Positions 7,521-12,398 of a DNA stretch of 12,398 nucleotides are shown piece after piece (position 1 is the first letter of the stretch; every line of letters starts with the position of its first letter). The DNA comes from Chlamydiota bacterium (GTDB lineage: Bacteria > Chlamydiota > Chlamydiia > Chlamydiales > Simkaniaceae), in the NCBI GenBank assembly GCA_011065165.1, contig JAAKFF010000047.1, positions 1-12,398 on the forward strand. Direction: 5' to 3'. Under the pieces are notes generated by a model, which was not told the DNA's origin, did no database searches, and worked only from the letters and a program-made list of their open reading frames with translations. The position numbers and the translations under genes were made by a program.

Positions 7521-8138
7521 ATGCAAAATAAGAATGAATTAGCAGCTGAAAAGAGCTCCCATCTAATACGACCAGAAGCATCCCCTGAGCCCTTTCTAAG
7601 GTTCATCTATGTGAAGAATCCAGAAACGGGAGAGAAGGCTTTAAAAACAGTGGAGCTTTCTGATGGGACGTCTCCTAACGACTCTGGCTTTTTAGAAGGG
7701 GTATTAAAGGCCTTGAAGCGAGCAACAGGTAGTGACAACCCTGAAGTAGCTGAGAGAATTATTTCAGATACAGCTTGGGGGATGTCAAGTAAGGATTCTG
7801 AAGAGAGAATGCATGCTGTTAATACGCTCCTTCCTTCACTGAATCCTCTAGATGAGTCTGAAGCACTATTGCTTGGGCAATTTCTAGCTTTAAGAGACTC
7901 TGGTATGCAGTGTCTGCGTAGAGCAAGTGGTGCGGAAATGCTTTATCACATCAAAGAACTCTATCAGTTGAGCATTAAGCTTATGCGATGTGCAAATGAG
8001 ACAATGCAAACTTTATTGAAATATCGCTCGGGTGGTAAGCAGTTGATTCAAGTCGTCCATGTTTCGGGAGATGGAAAGGCTATTATTGCAAATGAAATGA
8101 ATCTAGGAGAGGGGATCAAAAATAATAATAACGTATAA
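7521..8138 (+). CDS. Hypothetical protein (island cargo).
   Basis: An ORF of 222 aa from 7470, or 205 aa from the ATG at 7521 (MQNKNEL...). No family recognised. It lies in the same orientation and has a short gap to the flanking genes. Confidence 0.4.
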   Translation: MQNKNELAAEKSSHLIRPEASPEPFLRFIYVKNPETGEKALKTVELSDGTSPNDSGFLEGVLKALKRATGSDNPEVAERIISDTAWGMSSKDSEERMHAVNTLLPSLNPLDESEALLLGQFLALRDSGMQCLRRASGAEMLYHIKELYQLSIKLMRCANETMQTLLKYRSGGKQLIQVVHVSGDGKAIIANEMNLGEGIKNNNNV

Positions 8139-8172
8139 CCCCATGTATCATTGAGGCAGGAGGAATTGTATA

Positions 8173-8430
8173 ATGAAAGAGCGGCGATGCCGAGCATATT
8201 CAAAGCGCTCCAAACAGAGATGCAAAAACTGGGCCTTAAGGGGAAAGGGTGTTTGCCGGTTTCATGGAGGGAATTCAACAGGGCCTAAAAGTTCTGAAGG
8301 GAAGGAAAGAGTGTCTAGAGCGCACTTTAAGCATGGTTTGTGTTCATCTTCTTTTCGAAGCAAACTGCTGAGCATGAGAAATTTTATTAAAATTAGTGAT
8401 CGGTTATTGAAAAATTTTACTTACAATTAG
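8173..8430 (+). CDS. HGGxSTG-motif small cysteine-rich protein.
   Basis: 'CRAYSKRSKQRCKNWALRGKGVCRFHGGNSTGPKSSEGKER' gives the C-x..C...C.(R/F)HGGxSTGP.(S/T).EG signature. That family is widespread on phages and plasmids. A strong SD 'aggagg' lies 10 nt upstream. Confidence 0.55.
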   Translation: MKERRCRAYSKRSKQRCKNWALRGKGVCRFHGGNSTGPKSSEGKERVSRAHFKHGLCSSSFRSKLLSMRNFIKISDRLLKNFTYN

Positions 8431-8508
8431 TTTAAAATGTTTTAGTTGTTTCATTTTAATTAATAGTAATGTAAAATCTCTCTAAATAATTCACATTGAA
8501 ATGAACTT

Positions 8509-9003
8509 ATGCATAGACAGTCAAAGAAAATAGTCGTTCTAATCCTATCTGCATGTCTTCTTGTGTTGGCTGGCTGCTCTACTCAATATGGTTCAGAAGG
8601 ATTTATTGGAGGGGGATTTTCGGAAACGCTAATGGCTGCTGATACCTATATTGTTACCTTCAAAGGGAATGGGTTCACTTCATATGAGAAGGCAATCAAA
8701 TATGCTCTCAGAAGAGCTTCTGAGCTGACCCTTGAAAATGGGTACAAATACTTCTCCATTAACTCTTCAATGGACCATTCGAAACAGGTGGCTTACTCAA
8801 ATGCTTCCGCGAATTCTTCCGGTCAGATTGATGTTTATAGGTGCTATAACTCGGTTCTAGGCCAATATAAAGGTTCAGGCTCAAGAAGTTCCTACTCGGG
8901 AATTATTACCAAACCACGAGTCAGCATAGGAATTAAGTGTTATCGAGAGAAGCCAAAAGATATAGAAGTCATTGACGCTAGGTTTTTCTTAGCAAGTAAC
9001 TAA
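8509..9003 (+). CDS. Putative lipoprotein.
   Basis: The N-terminus 'MHRQSKKIVVLILSACLLVLAGCSTQ' has a basic n-region, a hydrophobic core and an LAGC lipobox. It has its own AT-rich upstream region. Confidence 0.55.
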   Translation: MHRQSKKIVVLILSACLLVLAGCSTQYGSEGFIGGGFSETLMAADTYIVTFKGNGFTSYEKAIKYALRRASELTLENGYKYFSINSSMDHSKQVAYSNASANSSGQIDVYRCYNSVLGQYKGSGSRSSYSGIITKPRVSIGIKCYREKPKDIEVIDARFFLASN

Positions 9004-9027
9004 CCTTTTTTTGAACTAGGAGTAATC

Positions 9028-9228
9028 ATGGAAAATAATGAAGAATGGGAAGATGAGACAGAACATGATTTCTCGTCAATCCTTGTTTTTTTGGTAATTG
9101 CAGGTTTTGTAATATGGGTAGGGAGTAATGTTTACTCTGCATTTGAGTGTGAAGCTGAGGAATATTTTTTCGAATCAAAAGAGAACATAAAAGCTTTTTT
9201 TAGGATTATCTTTCAAGGCAGAAGATAA
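9028..9228 (+). CDS. Small single-pass membrane protein.
   Basis: The 66-aa product has an acidic N-terminus and one TM helix, 'ILVFLVIAGFVIWVGSNVY'. An SD 'aggag' lies 8 nt upstream. It sits 24 nt after the lipoprotein stop. Confidence 0.4.
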   Translation: MENNEEWEDETEHDFSSILVFLVIAGFVIWVGSNVYSAFECEAEEYFFESKENIKAFFRIIFQGRR

Positions 9229-9257
9229 GAAATAACGTAGGCTTTAATTTTGTTGAA

Positions 9258-9274
9258 GGCACACTCATGGCACA
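9258..9274. promoter_or_regulatory. GGCACA-N5-GGCACA, a candidate arm-type site near attR.
   Basis: 'ggcacactcatggcaca' is identical to 1373-1389. It lies about 117 bp inside the island from attR. It is embedded in the inverted repeat CACTCA-N11-TGAGTG. Confidence 0.4.
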
Positions 9275-9390
9275 TTTCTGAGTGAAAACCAAGGAAACAT
9301 TGCGAATATTTAGGATAAATTTTAGTTCTTAAGTTTTTGGTTGTTATTTCTTTGAATATCATTAGCTATCATGAGTTGTCCTCAAGAAAA

Positions 9391-9447
9391 GACTGTAAAT
9401 CCATCGACTTCGGTCTCCGCCAGTTCGAGTCTGGCTGCCCCCATTTC
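9391..9447 (+). repeat. attR: an orphan copy of the tRNA-Tyr 3' half (anticodon loop to 3' end plus 4 nt), followed by a T-tract.
   Basis: It is a 57/57 identity with 1259-1315. No 5' half of the tRNA is present. It is followed by 'gttttttt'. Confidence 0.85.
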
Positions 9448-9493
9448 GTTTTTTTAGGTGTTTGGTGCTCTCTTTTTAGTGTCTTTGTCCTAG

Positions 9494-9601
9494 CCCTCCT
9501 CGCCAAGCTCATTCAAGCTTGCCGTCGTCGCGTTAGAACAAATCCATCAAAAAATAGATGCCCCAAACACCCAAAAAAACTCATGGGGGCAGCCGCTGCC
9601 C
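9494..9601. repeat. Copy 1 of an imperfect direct repeat of roughly 100 bp. It ends in a GC hairpin and a T-tract.
   Basis: 'cctcgccaagctcattcaagcttgccgtcgtcgcgttagaaca...acacccaaaaaaactcatgggggcagccgctgccc'. The core matches copy 2 at 9744-9835 with few mismatches. It has the terminal palindrome GGGCAGC-C-GCTGCCC. Confidence 0.6.
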
Positions 9602-9612
9602 TTTCTTTGTTT
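9587..9612 (+). terminator. Rho-independent terminator-like hairpin.
   Basis: Perfect 7-bp GC-rich stem 'gggcagc c gctgccc' followed by 'tttctttgttt'. Similar structures occur at 9703-9718 (gggagc tgtc gctccc) and at 9961-9987 (gggagc agcc gctccc, then 'ctattggttttt'). Confidence 0.4.
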
Positions 9613-9743
9613 ATGGTGGGTTTTTTTAGAGGAGTTTGAGAAGTAGTTAGAGGAGCTGTTAGAGGGGTTGTTAATTCTTCGTTAAAAAGCCAATATCTTC
9701 TTGGGAGCTGTCGCTCCCATTGAAGATTTTGGCTTTCTATCCT

Positions 9744-9835
9744 AAGGCTCCTCGCCAAGCTTATCCAAGCTTGCCGTCGTCGCGGTAGGATAAAGCTGAA
9801 CACCCACTACCTCATGGGGGACTGCCGCTATCTAC
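9744..9835. repeat. Copy 2 of the imperfect direct repeat of roughly 100 bp.
   Basis: 'ggctcctcgccaagcttatccaagcttgccgtcgtcgcggtaggataa...acacccactacctcatgggggactgccgctatc'. Confidence 0.6.
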
Positions 9836-10029
9836 CATCAAGATCACTCTAGACGACGCTACGCTCCTTATTAAGGACTGAGTTATATGAGTCAAATAAA
9901 TAATGAGTTCTGTGCTATATGACTCATTTTGACTCAGATGAGTGATAGATAAACCCTCATGGGAGCAGCCGCTCCCCTATTGGTTTTTAAGGGCGTTTTG
10001 TCTATTATTTTGAAGGAAGAGGGAGGATT

Positions 10030-10539
10030 ATGATTCAAATTATTTATTATACTCCAGTTTATGTCTGGCCTCTATTTGCCTATCTGCTTTGGATAGGGTG
10101 GAGAGCCAGGAGAAGCTATGTCGCTTCTTGGAAAACGCTTCTAATTATGCCCACCATTTTGTTTGTCTGGTCAATTTATAGGGCTTTCTCGCATTTTGAG
10201 GTCGTCTCGATCTCTTTATGGGCGGTCAGCATAACTATCGGGATAGTGCTGGGAGCTTTGACCACTCGCAGGCTCGATCTGAGGTTTGACAAGCGACGAA
10301 GAGTGGTTGAAATTGCTGGCAATTGGACTCCGCTACTTCTGTCGCTTTCGATCTTCTCTTTGCGCTACTTTCTTGGAGCAACGTATGTGCTGCATCCTGA
10401 GCTTGCAGGAAGTGCTATCCTCATGGGAGTAGAGTGCATTGCTACTGTTATCTCTGGCACGTTTACAGGCAGGCTTATTGGCTATTGGCAACGAGCTAAA
10501 GAATCTCCGCATTGCGATCTTGCTGAAGCGAATGGTTGA
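10030..10539 (+). CDS. Multi-pass membrane protein, hypothetical.
   Basis: The 169-aa product has a strong SD 'gagggagg' 6 nt upstream. It has at least 4 hydrophobic helices, for example LFAYLLWIGW and LWAVSITIGIVLGALT. Composition is notably more GC-rich than the island. Confidence 0.6.
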   Translation: MIQIIYYTPVYVWPLFAYLLWIGWRARRSYVASWKTLLIMPTILFVWSIYRAFSHFEVVSISLWAVSITIGIVLGALTTRRLDLRFDKRRRVVEIAGNWTPLLLSLSIFSLRYFLGATYVLHPELAGSAILMGVECIATVISGTFTGRLIGYWQRAKESPHCDLAEANG

Positions 10540-10540
10540 T

Positions 10541-11302
10541 CTATTTAGATGCGTTTAGGGTTATGAACCAACCCCAATCATCTGGAAAAAATCTGTGTAT
10601 GAATTTGGGGATCTTATCTGTATCATATTTTGTTAGAAGGGGTGTGGCTTCAACTGTACTGAATTGGCGGAATAGATTATTTAATTCAGAGAGTGAATAC
10701 GCTTTGGTGCCTATACTTTCAACGTGATTCCAAATCACATCTCTAGCGCTACGCCAAGGTTTGCCAGCGAGTAAACTGTGCTTTATCCAGAGTTTGATCA
10801 CTCTTAATGAGCGGCGACCGTACATCATCCCAATAAAGAGCCCACTCTTTTTTAACACCCGATGTATTTCACTGATGATGAGTTCGGGATTTTGCGAGTG
10901 GTGGATTACCCCCCAGGAGTAGACTACATCGAAGGTGTTATCGTCATAGGGAAGCTGCTCTGCATCAATTCGTTTCAACTCAGATGATAAGTTGTGCATC
11001 TCAAGACGTTTTTTTGTGGTCAAAATTGCTGCATCGGTCAGATCGACTCCAAAACATTCTGCTCCTGCGCGAGCCCACTGTAGATGATCGGTACCCGCGC
11101 CCACGCCGACCTCTAAGATTTTCTTGCCATGATGGCGAGTAAATTGGGCAGAGGAGTGAATATAGGGTTCTATCTCATACCGATGTCTTTCAACCTTATC
11201 GAAATATTCGAATGAATATTCTTCAGTAGGACCGGTAATAGTTTGTGAGGTGCCACATGGCTCTTTTTCCCAATAGGAGCGAACCCTCTTATTTAAATCC
11301 AT
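10541..11302 (-). CDS. Class I SAM-dependent methyltransferase.
   Basis: Motif I 'ILEVGVGAGTD' is present. Post-I is acidic (FGVDLTD). Motif II-like 'FDVVYSWGVIHH' and motif III 'LKKSGLF' are also present. Its start abuts the SPFH gene stop (11302/11303). Confidence 0.75.
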   Translation of the reverse strand: MDLNKRVRSYWEKEPCGTSQTITGPTEEYSFEYFDKVERHRYEIEPYIHSSAQFTRHHGKKILEVGVGAGTDHLQWARAGAECFGVDLTDAAILTTKKRLEMHNLSSELKRIDAEQLPYDDNTFDVVYSWGVIHHSQNPELIISEIHRVLKKSGLFIGMMYGRRSLRVIKLWIKHSLLAGKPWRSARDVIWNHVESIGTKAYSLSELNNLFRQFSTVEATPLLTKYDTDKIPKFIHRFFPDDWGWFITLNASK

Positions 11303-12262
11303 CTATCTGGCATGTGCTCCTTTTGAATCGAGGGTGGGAAGCTGAAGGAGAAGCCCTGCTTGATTCCCGCCGAGGAGTGTGGTGGGATATCTTCCGTTCC
11401 ACTGTTTGATCGCTTGGTACTCAATGAGTTGTGGGGTAATTGAGGCGGCAATCTCTCGGTTGGCTTTTGCAAGGGCTGTCGCCTCTTTGATGATCTTATA
11501 AGCTTCGGCGTCGGCGTCGATGCGCTGTTTTTCTGAATTAGCGTTTGCTTGAGTGACCCTTATTATCTTTTCGGTCTCTGCATCGATCGCTTTGATGCGC
11601 TGGTTTTTCATCGCCTGTTTTTCGATCATTGCGAGGCGCTGCTCTTCTTGTTTTGCTAGTTGCACCTCTTCAACTTTTTTGCGTACGATCTGGGGCAATT
11701 CGATATTGCGGATTTGGATGGCATTTAGGCGGAAGGGCCCACCGGACAATTTCTCTCTCAGACTAATCTCGATCTCATTTCCGAGGGAGGTGCGCTTCAC
11801 AGCGATCTCTTCGGCTTGGTATTGACCTGTCACATTCCTCACGACATCGCGCACAATGGGATTAATCAGCTTCTCAAAGTAGTTTTTGCCATACTTAACA
11901 AGGATCGTCTGGGCTTCTTTAGGAATGGGTGCATATTGAACAGTGATCTCGATTCCTATCGCCAGATTTTTACTATCGAGGACGATAATTTTTGGTTTTG
12001 TAATCAATCCCTCGCTTAGATTTTTTTCTCTTTCTCCCTGGTAATTGGCAGTCTGCATCTTCGTGTCAATGACACTGATCTGTTGAATAAAGGGGAGTTT
12101 AAAGTGTAGACCGGGCTCCTGCACTTCAGTGCTGTACTTTCCAAAAGTGGATAGAACACCGACGGTTCCGCTGTTGATGGTATAGACGCCATTAAAGATA
12201 ATAATGGCAAGAAGAAGAAGGGGCATGAAGATGAAAATATGTTTGGGTTTGAGTTCGTTCAT
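11303..12262 (-). CDS. SPFH/band-7 (prohibitin/HflC-like) membrane protein.
   Basis: It has an N-terminal TM helix. 'INSGTVGVLSTFGKY...PGLHFKLPFIQQISVIDTKMQT' is the typical SPFH-domain start. The C-terminus is a coiled-coil rich in E, K and Q. An SD 'gagga' lies upstream. Confidence 0.8.
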   Translation of the reverse strand: MNELKPKHIFIFMPLLLLAIIIFNGVYTINSGTVGVLSTFGKYSTEVQEPGLHFKLPFIQQISVIDTKMQTANYQGEREKNLSEGLITKPKIIVLDSKNLAIGIEITVQYAPIPKEAQTILVKYGKNYFEKLINPIVRDVVRNVTGQYQAEEIAVKRTSLGNEIEISLREKLSGGPFRLNAIQIRNIELPQIVRKKVEEVQLAKQEEQRLAMIEKQAMKNQRIKAIDAETEKIIRVTQANANSEKQRIDADAEAYKIIKEATALAKANREIAASITPQLIEYQAIKQWNGRYPTTLLGGNQAGLLLQLPTLDSKGAHAR

Positions 12263-12398
12263 TGGGGAGATCCTCTGGTTGTTACTTTTTTGGTTGGAGT
12301 ATAGCGTATAGGGGATTTTTATGCACCTGCTTGTAATTTTATTCTTCTTTCTCTAATGAGGTGATAATGCCCACTGTTTATGAAGAGCAGGTCTTAGT

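Larger units (their letters stand above)
1259..9447 (+). mobile_element. tRNA-Tyr-integrated genomic island (P4/CP4-57-like integrative element, roughly 8.2 kb).
   Basis: A 57-bp direct repeat of the tRNA 3' half bounds it. Internal genes are a tyrosine integrase, an AlpA-like HTH protein, DUF3987, a TA module and small cargo genes. Composition is mosaic: the TA segment is visibly more AT-rich than the integrase-DUF3987 segment. Confidence 0.8.

Noticed and set aside
9337-9803. ORFs 9337..9639 (+, 100 aa) and 9513..9803 (-, 96 aa).
   Set aside because: They span the orphan tRNA fragment (attR) and the repeat units. The translated repeats (RRRQA...) reflect the DNA repeats. There is no RBS, and composition is low-complexity. 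They are almost certainly non-coding.
9494-9835. Possible CRISPR array.
   Set aside because: There are only two long (roughly 100 bp) imperfect repeat copies with irregular spacing. There are no short uniform repeat and spacer units, and no cas genes.
128-12210. Many short ORFs of 60 to 110 aa in the six-frame track: 128..322-, 758..970-, 2706..2900+, 3614..3946-, 3765..3998+, 4176..4421+, 4777..4962-, 5657..5965-, 5844..6065-, 6086..6280-, 8048..8278-, 10536..10727+, 11553..11825+, 11816..12019+ and 12016..12210-.
   Set aside because: All lie antisense to, or out of frame within, better-supported genes. They lack RBSs and recognisable motifs.

Overview
This AT-rich bacterial window contains a roughly 8.2 kb integrative island inserted into the 3' half of a tRNA-Tyr(GTA) gene. 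Small SEC-C-motif proteins suggest a Chlamydiae-like genome, but that guess is weak. The island is bounded by a 57-bp direct repeat: 1259-1315 lies inside the intact tRNA, and 9391-9447 is an orphan copy of the tRNA 3' half.

Reading left to right, the window contains:
- a 5'-truncated hypothetical CDS;
- a small SEC-C-motif protein gene;
- tRNA-Thr(TGT) and tRNA-Tyr(GTA);
- the island, described below;
- a repeat-rich non-coding stretch (9449-10029) with palindromic hairpins and terminator-like structures;
- flanking core-like genes on the right: a membrane protein, and on the minus strand an SPFH/band-7 protein translationally abutted to a class I SAM-dependent methyltransferase.

The island itself carries:
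- on the minus strand, an unusual three-gene toxin-antitoxin-like module. It has an MqsR-family toxin homolog, then an MqsA-like (zinc-ribbon plus HTH) antitoxin with a C-terminal Panacea/DUF4065-like extension, then a 4-TM small membrane protein;
- a P4-type tyrosine integrase with a textbook sigma-70 promoter;
- an AlpA/excisionase-like HTH protein;
- a DUF3987 (YfjI-like) protein;
- cargo genes: an HGGxSTG-motif protein, a lipoprotein and a small TM protein.

A repeated TGTGCC-N5-TGTGCC motif occurs near both island ends and upstream of the integrase gene. These copies are candidate arm-type recombinase sites.

All family assignments come from reading the translated ORFs and recalling family hallmarks. 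No database search was possible.
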